Source: Thelocarpon superellum (Eukaryota). Taken from it: a stretch of 64,000 bases of DNA. Shown here piece by piece: positions 38,892 through 51,228 of this stretch (its first letter is position 1; every line of letters starts with the position of its first letter). The DNA is taken from contig JAPEUG010000009.1 of assembly GCA_026025795.1 (NCBI GenBank), positions 1 to 64,000 on the forward strand, written 5' to 3'. Below the pieces are notes generated by a model. It saw only the letters and a list, made by a program, of their open reading frames with translations. It did no database searches and was not told the DNA's origin. The position numbers and the translations under genes are program-made.

Positions 38892-40202
38892 TCATGGCCC
38901 CGCACCTCCATTCAAGGCGTCTTTTGCGTCGAGGGCCCGTGTCTTCTCGATGAAATCCAGCATCAGCTGCTTGAACTCCTGTCGGCTCTCCATGGGTATG
39001 ACGTGGCCGACCCCCTCGAAAACGACGTAGCGAACCTCGTTTGGCCCGCCCAGTTCCTTGATCAAGACCTCGGCGTGCGGGAGGCTGATCATGCGATCGA
39101 GAGAGCCATGCACAACCTGAATGCGCTCGCGGCCTACCTTGTGGCGCAATTCTCGGAGCTGCGTCGCGCTCTTGTGGTGATACCCTGCTGCGATGACTTG
39201 GAGGAGGAAGCCGTGGCGCGGAAAGTTGTTCGGGTCTTTGCGCTTCAAGATCTCCTGCGCCGCGAACCGGTCGCCGTTCGTGGGAAAGTTGCCGTCGTTG
39301 TCCGGTGAGGCGAGGAAGGCGTCGCTGAAGCATAGGTACTTCATGTGCGCTACTTGTTCGTCTATGGCTTTCGGGATGAGCATGTTGATTCGGTTTCGGA
39401 GGTTCTCGAGGTATCCCTGCAATGGTCGACGCTGTTGGTCCTGGCCAGACGACCCAGTGAGGAGAAGGGAGAAGCGAAGGAGGGAACGTACGACGGTGTT
39501 GACGATTCGGGCTGCAGTCGATAGTAGTGTCAGGGACGCAACGCGTTTTGGGATCAGGAGACCCTGTCGGGGAGTTAGATGCTGTGCTTGGTTTGGAATG
39601 CGCAGGCTGTGACCGACCAACTCCTGCGCGATCATACCGCCCATACTAATGCCGGTGACGTGCACCTCTCTCTCACCTGTCCAGCCGACATGGTCGAGGA
39701 CCTCGATGGTGTCCTTGGCCATTTCACGAGTACTGTATCTCAGGTATGGCTTGTCCGATTCTCCCATACCTGATCATAGATCAACCATCCGCTTGGAGTG
39801 AATGATCTTAAGAGGACCGCGGTACCTCGATTGTCAAGAACCAAACAGCTGAACTCGGAGCTGCGATCATGGCCAAAGTCTTTGGTTTGTCGCTGCCAGG
39901 TAGTCTTCAATGAACCTAGACCCATGATCCACTATCCGGAGACCGGTCAGCATCGATTTCGAATATGCCGAAGCTCACCATGACGTACCAACATGTGTAT
40001 TGGACCATGTCCGTGAACCTCATACGCGATATTGAAGGGTCCTCCACGACCCCGCGCCACAGCCAACTTGCCCTTCTCCGCCGGCGGTAAATCCCAGGTG
40101 ACATGTGGGAATTCTGGGTGCTTGACGATCTCCGCCTCCTTCATGGGAGCCCTGCGACTTGTCAACCTTTGTAATTGTCCGCCAAACGCTAGTAGCTCAC
40201 AT
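38892..40202 (-). CDS. Alpha/beta hydrolase, 6 exons (start codon possibly split by an intron)
   Basis: AYEVHG.GP, IMGLG, DNRG.G.S, GISMGG nucleophile elbow, HG..D and GVGH catalytic motifs. Confidence 0.9.
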
Positions 40203-41999
40203 GTGTCTGTAGCCCTTTCGAATAGCTACAGATGATGTAGGAAAAGCCAAAGGCTGGTGCGGAACTTGTTCTTGGCCACTTCCGACCTGGCCGTACTATA
40301 GATTGTTTGTCTGTCTATTCGATGCCACGACGCCTAGCCTAACTACTGGTAGTACCGGTGCTCGTACGAGTACATGCACCCACCCCCAGGCACCGAAGGG
40401 TCAAGCCACGAGGAAAGAGCCTCGGCTCGCAGCGCCGTTCACTTTCGGCGCTATGGTACTTCGTACTAATACTAGCATGCGAGGTGCTCTGTCTATTGCA
40501 CGTCCTCGCTTTACGAGGTGGGAGGACGATCACACCCGCAACAGAATCGAATGGGACAAAGTCAACCTTCGCACTAACTTCCACTCGCCCCAAGCTCACA
40601 CGGTCTGCCTCTGAATGGAGTGGTGACATCAACATCGGGACATACTGGCCGCGTTCTCATCTCCTCCAGATAACGTGATATGGTCGTGCTCAGAAGCTGG
40701 TCATGAACCTCCAAGCACTTGACCAGAGCAAAGACCTCCGAGTCTCGGCTCTTTCGATCGCGGTCAGCCCTGCGCAGGGTTACACATAAACATCCGCCTT
40801 GGTGAAGCTTGACTAGGCTTGGACCGACACATGCCTGCAAGGCGTTCCACGTGATAGTTTCCACCGTTGGGCACCTTGACATCGGAACGAGCCATCCCTT
40901 ACGGCTGCGGGGGTCAGGGGGGTACGCGTCTGTTCCGTGATGCTCCTGGGCTCAGCTATCTACACGAGCGTTGCAGATGGTTGCCTGTCAAGTGATTAGC
41001 GCGTGGCGGAGGGAACGAGGAAAGACGGAGAGCGCGCGCGGAGCGAGAGCGAGGGCGAGTATAGTCGCGTCTGCGGGGTCTATCGACGCAATCCTTAGGG
41101 TGAAATTCGGCCGAGAAACGAGGTACGAGTTACGAGATACGACCGCCGACTTGTCTTTGCTGACAAAATCCTTCCTGCCAGTATGTCGCACGCGCCTCTT
41201 CCTGCCTCAGCCCGCCCACGGCTGCTTCTGCTGAAAGAGTGTGTGGACGCAGTCCTCCGCCGTCGCCCGCTGGCCAGCCTTCCCACGTAGAAAAGATGCG
41301 TCACTAGAAGAGACTTGTTCGCATCCCATCGCAGCCCATCGGGGATCAGTCGACGTCGCAGGATGACGTAAGGGAAGTGCTCCATGCAGACAACTGAATG
41401 TCGAGGGCCGGCCGTCGTATCTGTGACCGCGGGATAGCGTTAGGAGCACTTGTAGGGACGGAGGCCGGGCGAAACCACGCCGGCACCCCGTTATGCCACT
41501 CGACAAGGATGGAGCCAGTGGATGAAGAGTCGGACGTGCCACCGTAGTTCGCAGATGCTCGATAACTTATAACTAATTGGCTTTCCCGCCCCTGACTTAT
41601 CGCTGGATTGTCTGTGCTGTGCTGCCGTAATCCATCAACATCGACCCGCTGTCTGCACAGAGTCCCGACTCATCCAACTCCGACACCGTTGGCAGTGGTT
41701 TGCGCTCGCAAAGTCGATTACTCGGTACGTCTCTGGAACGTGGACCTCAACATCACGATTGGTTCGACGAACCCTCTCCCTCCGTGACTCCAGGCCACAG
41801 AGTCGTTAAGATACGACTAAGCCGGCTCCAACGTTGAGCATGTAGGCAGGATCGATCAAGGCAGTGATGAGGCTTCGCGCGTCCAGAATCGACCAAACTC
41901 AATCAGACTCTTGCGCCCCTCGTTATCCACATCAATTTCTCCCACACATAATCTACGAGCCTCAGCGCCCTTCCATTGAACGGTGAACGCCCGCCAAGA

Positions 42000-44945
42000 A
42001 TGGACCCGACCTATCGGGCGACAATGGAGCCAGGAGCACACCGAAGGACCAGCTCCGGGCCCTTTCAATCGCCATCGAGCATCAACGCGGTGCCGCAAAT
42101 CTTCGGCGCCTATGGTCCTGATGGGTCTCCTATTCCGCCGGCGTTACCGGGTCCCATCTTCCCCCATGATCCAGCCAGCGCCAGTCCCGACGAGAGCAGT
42201 GCAGATGCAAAGCGACGCAGGATAGCTAAGGTGAGCGTGGCCGTCAACACCTCTCGGGCGGCAAACCTGACACAAAGTGCTCCAGGCATGCGATATGTGT
42301 CGGAAGAAGAAGATCAAGTGCGACGGAAAGATGCCATCCTGCACCCACTGCCTCAATTACAAGACTGAATGCATCTTCACTCAGGTGGAGAAGAAACGAA
42401 ATCCACCCAAGGGGTATGCTCGCAACCGAACTTCCGCTCCCTCCTGTGCGCCCACTAATACGAATGGGGACGCATAGGGCCAAGTACATCGAGGGCCTCG
42501 AGAATCGCCTTGGGCGAATGGAGTCGCTGCTCCGGCTCTCAGGTCTCATCTCAGACGAAGACGATGGCCGGACCGACCTAGGGACGCTTGAGAAGCGTCT
42601 AGCCGATCGATCTCTAGGCAGCAAGAGTCCCCTGTCGGAGGTCGGGAACGGCTCCATGAGCGAAGAGCGACGCTCGTCTTCCGAGTCCCACCGTCACGCG
42701 GCCACGACGAACGGAGAGAGCACCAGTCCGCCGACAACCGTTGCGACACCAGATGGGGGAAAGAAGAACGGCGAAGAGGTGGAAGCTCTGTCCGACATGA
42801 TGTGCTCTCTCGTTACCAACAACTGTGGTGAGACCAGATATATCGGTACGCAACCATCCGCCGACGTTCGTCCTTGGGGCTAACTAGTGGCCAGGGTCGT
42901 CGTCGGGCTTCTCCATCTTCTCGCCCAAGGGGTTTCAATGGGTCAACGAAAAAGTGGGCGACTCCTCCTTCCAAGATATGTTCGTCTCGGCCTCGGCGGA
43001 CGACAAACAGTGGATCCAGTGGAAGCCCGAGGTGTTCAACGACATCTTCGTCCGTCGCACATTCCAGCCCCTTCCTCCCAAAGAAGAAGCTCTCTCCCTC
43101 CTCAAGGACTTCTTCGAGAACTTCAACTGCATGTTCCCGCTTTTCCACGAGCCCACCTTCATGCGCCTGGTGGACCAACATTATTCCAGAGAGTCGCACC
43201 ACGGGTCGGGTTGGTGGGCAAGCTTGAACACTGCCCTCGCCATTGCGCATCGCCTCCGGGTCATGAGCCATCTGGTCCCCACCGACGAGGATCAAAAGGC
43301 GTGGGGCTACTTGAAAAATGCGCTCAGCGTCATGTCCGAGCTCACGATGCGAAATACAGACCTTATGAGTGTGCAGGCGCTCCTTGGCATGGTATGCAAG
43401 CGGAAAGATCTCCCTCTCGTGGTCAGCTTTGCTGACCTGGCACCCTCTCAGTCGCTGTTCTTGCAGGGCACCCCGAACCCACAGCCGTCATTCTTCATGG
43501 TGGCAGCGGCCATCAGGCTTTCGCACAGTATCGGCCTGCATAAGCGCAGCTCGGGATTCAACCTGACCCCAGTCGAGATCGAACAGCGTAAGCGGGTCTT
43601 CTGGATCGGATACATGGTTGACAAAGAGTGAGCCCCGCCCTGACTTCGACTGAAAGACCCGTGACTAAGACCTGATTAGCATCTGCCTCCGGTCGGGCCG
43701 ACCGCCGGCGCAGGACGATGACGACTACAACGTCGAGCTCCCAAGCGAAGATCCTGATGATGACATCGGCAACATCCCGCTCGGCGACGGCAAAGGCAAA
43801 GTCAACCTCTTTCGATTGATGTGTACCTTTGCCCTCATTGAAAGCAAGGTCTATCGCCAACTCTATTCAGCCAAAGCATCCAAACGATCGGACGGAGAGC
43901 TGCTGAATACCATTGGGGAGTTGGATAATGAACTGGAGGAATGGAAGAATGGGATCCCGATCGACATCCGGCCGGAATACGAGATCAAGGCATCTCATAC
44001 GCCGCTGGTACTGCACATCGTGGTCCTGCATTTCGCCTATTTCAACTGCTTGACCACCATTCACCGCATGTCCGTCCACCACGGGTACTGGACCAGCCGA
44101 TTGTCGAACTTTGCCATCCAGGGCCTGAACGCGAGACCTCTCAACCCCCGCGTCTTCTCATCCGCCGCGCTCTGCGTCTCCGCCGCGCGATCTTCGATCC
44201 AGCTCCTCAAGTTCATGCCACAGGGAGACTTTTCGTGCGTGTGGTACGGCTCCCTTCGAATTGTCACCCATCGCATAACGCTGACCATGCCAGGCTGATC
44301 ATCTACTTCCCTGTCTCGTCGCTGGTGACGCTGTTTGCCAACATCCTGCAAAACCCACAGGACGCCCGCGCACGAGCCGATGTGCGGCTTATGAATTCGG
44401 TCGTCACCTTCTTGTCGATGTTGAGCACGGATGAAGAGAATTCGACGGTGAAGCGAATGCTAAGCTTCTGCTCCGAGTTCGAGCGAATCGCCAAAGTCGT
44501 CATCGAGCGGGCGGACAAGGAGACATCGTCGCGGAGAAAACGAAAGACCGAGGACATGTCGAAGCCGACGGATTCACCTCTGGCCCCCAAGGCGAACGTG
44601 GGTCCACCAGCGCCGGCCGTAACGCCGGCGCCCGGCTTTTCGCCAGGCGCGAACGTGGATATGAACTTCACCCCGATGATGGATACTTTCGCCGCCAACG
44701 GCGACACGTCATGGATGTCAGACTTCTCGTCGGGCGAGGTGCAGAACCTGATGACGCCGGCCAGCGGCCTTACTCCTGGGTTTACGGGCGTACTGTCACC
44801 GAGCAACTTGGAAGACACCTCCATGAACATGGGCGCCTTCCAACAGGTCCAACAGCCCTTTGTTCCTCCAGATCTGTGGCAGATGCTCGAGTGGGACTGG
44901 GGGGGCGACTTGACGGGGTCAGCTTCTGACGTGCTTCGACCCTAA
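42000..44945 (+). CDS. atrR: Zn(II)2Cys6 transcription factor with fungal TF middle domain, AtrR-like, 7 exons
   Basis: [18 protein letters not shown]....[49 protein letters not shown]. The AtrR orthology is from memory and the exact 3' end is uncertain. Confidence 0.8.
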
Positions 44946-45660
44946 ATGCGTTTGCATGTTCTTGAATATGGCTGGACATGGATTGGGTCCTTTTCCTGGG
45001 ACCACCGTCTTAATGCTTGGCGAGGGTCACCATCAGCGGCGTTTGGGACATCTCAGTTTCTGGTTGGCGGGGGGGTAATGCATCTTCATCAGGATGCTGA
45101 CTCGCAGCATCTTCGACCCGAACCTCTCAACTCTTATGAATATGGAGGCTTTGATTCATCTTAAGGATCCCACTATATCTTTGGAAAGTCCTCTTACGGT
45201 CACAAAAGGTGCAGCCTAGGTCAAAGTCCGAACCATCACAAAGTGTACAAGGTGAGAGCTGTCGAAATGCGTGTCGTAGTTAAGTAGGCGACGATAAATC
45301 TGCTGGACGAATGCTCTGATGAAGGTCTTCGCCTCACTACACTCACTGGAAGGCAGGGTTCGCTATAGGAAGGGGAGCTGTAGTCCCTATAAGTCTAGCG
45401 AAGGTATTGTGAGGATCAATCGATAAATGTACAGCGCGATCCAATGGCAATGGACGCTGTCTGGTCCTGCTACGCCGGATTGGCGAGGGAGGCATGAGTC
45501 CGATGACGGTTGTCGCCGTACGAGTACGACGTACGTCGGGTACGTGGATCCCTGTCGATTACTTAAGCGATCAGTCAAGCCCGTCATCCTTGTGCTTGAC
45601 ATTTGCCGGCCGGCCCATCTCTCCTCCAATTCTGCGTACCGTGTCTGCGGCTCCTGCGTC

Positions 45661-48503
45661 ATGACGAGCCTTTTCAGCCGGTCAGGTGGACTCGGACGGT
45701 GGTCGTCTCAGAGCGTTGAGCGTGCGTATCGATGCAGGAACAGCTATCCCCATCGCGTGGCCATCTTGACGACGGACTTCAAGGCGCCACAGTCGAGACG
45801 ATACGCCTCTGCCGGCCGCCAGAACCCCCAAGATCCCAAGAACGATGGCGACAAATCCCAAAAGCAAGAGCCGTCCCCACATCCAATCAAGCAACGAGCC
45901 AGGCCTACACCGGAACAGAAAAGTCCGCCTGGCTTCGAGAACTTCTACCATACGCCGAACCCCATGTCGCCCAAGTCACCCATCCCCGCCAAATCCGACG
46001 ACGATGCCTCGCCGTCGCATACGGCGTCTAAGTTGACGCCAGAGGAGGAGAAGCTGATCGACGAATGGGTGTCGAAGATGACGCAGAACGTCCCCAAAGA
46101 CATGGCCAAGACCATCCACGCTGCGTTTGACGCGATGAAAAAGGAGGGGATCCCGCCCGAGGTTCGAGAGATCCTGGACGAGACCAAAGCGGGCAAAGCG
46201 CTCGACCTGGCTACCGTGACCAAGCTGGTGAGGATCTCGACGACGTCAGGCTGGAAGGCAGCACGAGCGGCGGTCAACAAGGACCAGACAGGCCCTTCCA
46301 CCGCTGGGGATGGGGCCACGCCTCCGCCTCCGCCTCCGCCACCACCTAACGGGGGGAAACTCGACGGCGCGAACAAGGGCGACAAGAAGCAACAGCCCAA
46401 CATCTCCGACGTCTTCAAAGTCGACACGGGAAGCTTGATCATGACGGCGCTGGTGCTATACATCATTTACACTCTGGGTCCGGCGGGAGAAAATGCGCGG
46501 GAAATTACGTGGCAGGAGTTCCGAACCACCTTTTTCGACAAGGGCCTGGTCGAAAAGCTCACGGTCGTGAACGGCAATCGCGTCCGCGTTGACCTGCACC
46601 GACAGGCCACGGCGCAGATGTATCCCGAGTCCCCTGCGAGTCAGCCCAACTTCCACTACTACTTCACTATCGGCTCCGTCGAGGCCTTCGAACGCCGACT
46701 TGACGAGGCCCAGCGTGAGCTGGGTATCCCGAGCTCCGAACGGATTCCTGTTGCCTACACCGAGCAAGTCGGATGGCTCGTCACCTTGTTCAACTTCGGC
46801 CCCACCCTCCTCCTGGTCGGCACCATCTTGTACATGTCTCGTCGCGCGTCAGGTGGGGCGGGGGGCCAAAGTGGCATCTTTGGCATAGGGAAGAGCCGAG
46901 CCAAGATGTATAACCACGAGACGGACATCAAGGTGAAATTCAAGGACGTGGCGGGCATGGACGAGGCCAAGCAGGAGATCATGGAGTTTGTCAGCTTCCT
47001 CAAAGAGCCCGGCATGTACCAGCGGCTCGGCGCCAAGATCCCCCGCGGGGCCATCCTGTCGGGTCCCCCAGGTACGGGCAAGACCTTACTGGCCAAGGCG
47101 ACGGCCGGCGAGTCCTCGGTACCCTTCTTCAGTGTCACTGGGTCCGAATTCGTCGAGATGTTTGTCGGCGTCGGTCCCTCACGGGTGCGCGATCTCTTCG
47201 CCAAAGCGAGGAAGAACTCTCCCTGCATCATCTTCATCGACGAGATTGACGCCATTGGAAAATCTCGCGCGAAGCAGAGTTTCGGCGGCGGCAACGATGA
47301 ACGCGAGAGCACCCTCAATCAGATCTTGACGGAGATGGACGGCTTCAACACGACCGAACAAGTCGTTGTCTTGGCCGGCACCAACCGGCCCGACGTGCTC
47401 GACAAGGCCTTGATGCGACCGGGCCGTTTCGACCGACACATCGCCATCGACCGACCTACGATGGAAGGACGGAAGCAGATCTTCAAGGTGCACGTCAAGA
47501 AGATTGTCATTGGTGATGAGGAAGAGTTCCTGGCCGGACGCGTCGCGGCGCTCACGCCCGGCTTTTCTGGTGCCGACATTGCCAACTGTGTCAATGAAGC
47601 GGCCCTGATTGGTATGTCCCCTGGTTTTCCCGCTCGATGTCGAGCACGTACTGATGGGAGGTAGCGGCGCGGACGAACGCACAAGCGGTAGAGATGAAGC
47701 ACTTTGAGCAAGCCATCGAACGGGTGATTGGTGGGCTGGAGAAGAAGTCGCTCGTGCTCAATCCCGAGGAAAAGCGGACGGTGGCTTACCACGAGGCTGG
47801 TCACGCCATCTGTGGCTGGTATTTCAAATACGCCGACCCGCTCCTGAAGGTGTCGATCATGCCGCGGGGCCAAGGCGCGCTCGGCTACGCCCAATATCTG
47901 CCGCAAGGAGACACGTACCTCATGAACGTCAACCAGCTCATGGATCGCATGGCCATGACCCTGGGCGGTCGGGTGTCGGAAGAACTTCACTTTGAAACGG
48001 TCACCAGTGGCGCCAGCGACGACTTCCGCAAGGTCACCGGCATGGCGACGGCCATGGTCACTAAGTGGGGTATGTCCAGCAAGATCGGCTACATCTACTA
48101 CCAAGAGCAAGAGGAACGTTTCCAGAAACCCTTTAGTGAAGAGACGGCGAAGAACATCGACTCGGAGGTGCGCCGGATCGTCGATGAAGCCTACAAGCAA
48201 TGTCGAGATCTCTTGACGGAGAAGAAAGACGAGGTCGGTAAGGTGGCCGAAGAACTCCTGAGCAAGGAGGTGTTGGGTCGGGACGACATGATTCGGCTGT
48301 TGGGCAAGCGACCCTTTGAAGACAACCAGGAATTCTCCAAGTACTTTGGAGCTCCTGCGCCAGTTCCGGGCAAGAAGAGCGCACCGCCGCCCTTTCCTCA
48401 AGAAGGGGTACGTCTCCTCGGCATGCTCAATCCACTCACCCACTGACGGCCCACGCGGCACAAACAGACCGATCCTCCCCCCGAAGTGCCAACGCCAGCC
48501 TAG
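45661..48503 (+). CDS. AFG3: Mitochondrial m-AAA protease subunit (Afg3/Yta12 family FtsH), 3 exons
   Basis: GPPGTGKT Walker A, IFIDEID Walker B, MRPGRFDR and HEAGH zinc motif; intron 47612-47664 and a 3' GTACGT..CAG intron leading to [11 protein letters not shown]. Confidence 0.92.
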
Positions 48504-48611
48504 TAGCTCACCAACACACTCCGAAGCATCCTCAACAAGCAGGGATGAAGAGCGAGCCAAAGCAGCGATGAACGAGCCACCATTGACAGGCACCAAAGCG
48601 CAGGCTAGGTG

Positions 48612-48614
<3 letters not shown>

Positions 48615-48668
<54 letters not shown>
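48615..48668. repeat. (CAG)18 microsatellite in the 3' flank of the m-AAA gene
   Basis: Perfect repeat about 110 nt after the inferred stop codon. Confidence 0.95.
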
Positions 48669-48669
<1 letters not shown>

Positions 48670-49124
48670 TGGAGGAGTCTAGCAAGCACGTGCATGAAAC
48701 GGGCCATGTGATCTTCCATCTCCTTCAATACGTTCTCTGTCTGCACCAGCGCGGTTCTCACTTACTTCATCTTTCCACATGTGTTTGCATCGGGATCGGA
48801 TCGGATCGGACTCAGACAGAGACTCGGACTTTGCGTGTATCTGTTGACATCTACGGCACCACTCGGTTGCAAAATGGCGCGGATTAGAAGGCTTGAAAAT
48901 AAGAATAAGAATAAGAATGAAGAATAAAATTAAGAGGGGCTGGTCTCCGCGATATGACGGGCTGGACTTGGCTTGGCTTGGCTTCGTCGTCGTCGAGATG
49001 AGTCAACTCCAGCAGAGTCGTGAGGCGGGTCTGGCGCAGCGCGCGTGACGCGCAAGTTCGTCAGAATCCTACGCCTAACGCTGTAGGCATGCTATATTAC
49101 GTACTCGTACGAAGTCCTCGTCCT

Positions 49125-49218
49125 AAGTCGATGATAACCGCTACCGCTTCATCGTCCCAAGTCGATGATAACCGCTACCGCTTCATCGTCCCAAGTCGAT
49201 GATAACCGCTACCGCTTC
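49125..49218. repeat. 34-nt tandem repeat AAGTCGATGATAACCGCTACCGCTTCATCGTCCC x ~2.8
   Basis: Copies start at 49125, 49159 and 49193, with no spacers. Confidence 0.92.
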
Positions 49219-49314
49219 TCCTCGTCAAGCGCAGACACACGCTGGCGTAAGAGAGAGAGCCACACATGCTCGGCCGTCAATTGCTACACTGCGCTACACT
49301 GGCAGGAGGCACCT

Positions 49315-50692
49315 TCACTTCTTCGCCTTCTCCGTGGCCGCGACCTCGTCCTTCTTCGCCTTGTCCTTCGCCTCGTACGCAGCATGGGTCGACCAATCGC
49401 CAGGCGCGTCCGTGCTCAGTCGGGGCAGGAAGCGGCCAACGCGCTGCTGGTACTCGGCGTACTCGGGGTATTTCCGGCTCGAGAGCAGCTCCGTCAGCCA
49501 TGTCGAGCCCTGGAAGAGCAGCAGGTATGAGAGCGCCCCCACGCCGCTCCAGTTGTAGTACGTGTCGCTGGTGAAGCATCCATATTGGTAGATCGTTGCC
49601 CAGATGGCTGTGTGCGTGATTGGCGGTGTTAGTTGCCTGGTGATGGAAGCGGAGGAGGTAGGATGATGAGGCTAGGAGTGAAGTGGCTCTTACCTTGCTC
49701 CGCGGCGAAATTGGGGTGGCGACTCCACGACCAGAGACCCGTCACGACAAATCCTCGGTCCAGGTCTTCGGCCTTGAAACCTAAAGGCGCCTTGGCCGTC
49801 TTCTGGTACTGTATCTTGGCCTGTTGGAATACTGTGGCAGGACGTTAGCATCTGGCTGGTTGTGGTGCTTGATCGTGGACGAGCCTACCCCATTGCTGTT
49901 GATCGGCGAACACCTCAACCAAGATCAATCCGGCCAGGACTCTGGTGAAGATCAAGTCGGCCATCGTGTCTTCATTCGGTTTAAGCGTTGAGGCGAGGAG
50001 TATGATATAGGTGGGTGCCGTCACAATCATCAGGAGCACCTGATCCTCTGTCAGCACATCGGCCGTCCCACTTCAAACCCACACGCTCTTACGCTTTGGA
50101 TGAACGAGATGAAGGTCACGTTGAAGAGGAAGAACCACGGCTGACCGATATAGTTCTTGACAGTTTCCCTGACCGGATTAGTCGTACGATCAATGCATGC
50201 CCTAGGCGCAGGTGCACCTACCACCGGTAGTCTTCCGACCCGATCGAATACCCACCTCGGCGCCAGTAGTTGAAGGTGAGACGTGCCTGGTCTCGTTAGC
50301 GGAAGCCACGGCTAACGGTCGATGCTACGTACACTCCAGATGAGGCTGACGACAAGTAGGGTATCCAAGCGACGGGTCGGGAGACCATTGAGATGCGCAT
50401 ACAGGGTATAGTGGGCATTGTACAGGCTTGGCAAGACACTCCAGAACCGATCGACCTGCGAGTAGTTTCTATTGATCTCCGACGCCACGAGGAAGATGGG
50501 CGCCAGGAACAGCGATAGCGACACGGCCGTCATGAGTGGGTTGGTAGAGAGATAGATCTCCTTGAGCGCATCGAGGTCAGAAATCGATTCGAACACCTTG
50601 GTTGGCAGCTCATAGAGCTGAGGAAGGTACGGTTCGACCGTCTTGGCGTAGTCGGCGCACTCCTTGAGGGTCTTGACCGAGGGGAGGGCCAT
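49315..50692 (-). CDS. DUF1295 (steroid 5-alpha-reductase-like) membrane protein, 6 exons
   Basis: NYSQVDR.WS.LP, RLTFNYWRRGGY..GSEDYRW, ADQQQW, GLWSWSRHPNF.AEQ and STWLTE....KYPEY..YQ..V motifs. Confidence 0.9.
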
Positions 50693-51228
50693 GGTCACGA
50701 CGGTCAAGGCCACCCCAAATGAGTCGATCGGATGGACGGGAGGAGAGAAGCGGATTGTGGTGAGCTGACAGCCTCGTCTTCTTACGCTCAACGACGAACA
50801 ATGTCGAGACGGCAGGGCTATGGATGACGCGTGGATCTTGCTACGCTATATATGGTGCGATGACGATCAAAATTGGTCCCTCCCGGTTGCTCCCGTTCCC
50901 CGTATCTGAGAGATCTGCCAATAAGGGAAGCGGGGAGCTGGTGCTCGTACCTGGACACACGCGTTGACGGTCGCCGTTCGGTGCGGTCGCGTATGCGACG
51001 TCACTGTGCGTTGTGGCCCCCGTACTCGATCTTCACTCGGGCATGTCCCTGACTACCGATACATCAATGGTATATCAAACAAGTCGTTGGTATCGATCAA
51101 GGAGGAAAGTCGAGATGGCCATGGCCATGACCCGCAGCCTAGCCTCCGTACAGCATCTAGCCTAGTTCAAGTGGCGATGGTGGAACCTATGCGAGGTTCA
51201 CAATGAGCTGGCCCTTTCCTTCGAATCC

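Noticed and set aside
47319..48761. 480-aa minus-strand ORF with poly-Leu
   Set aside because: Antisense shadow of the GC3-rich m-AAA gene plus the CAG repeat; no independent motifs.
48609..48887. PolyQ ORF (MVQ18...)
   Set aside because: Starts at GTG, lies in the 3' flank, and is produced only by the microsatellite.
49125..49218. CRISPR-like 34-nt repeats
   Set aside because: Directly tandem with no spacers, in a eukaryotic context with no cas genes.
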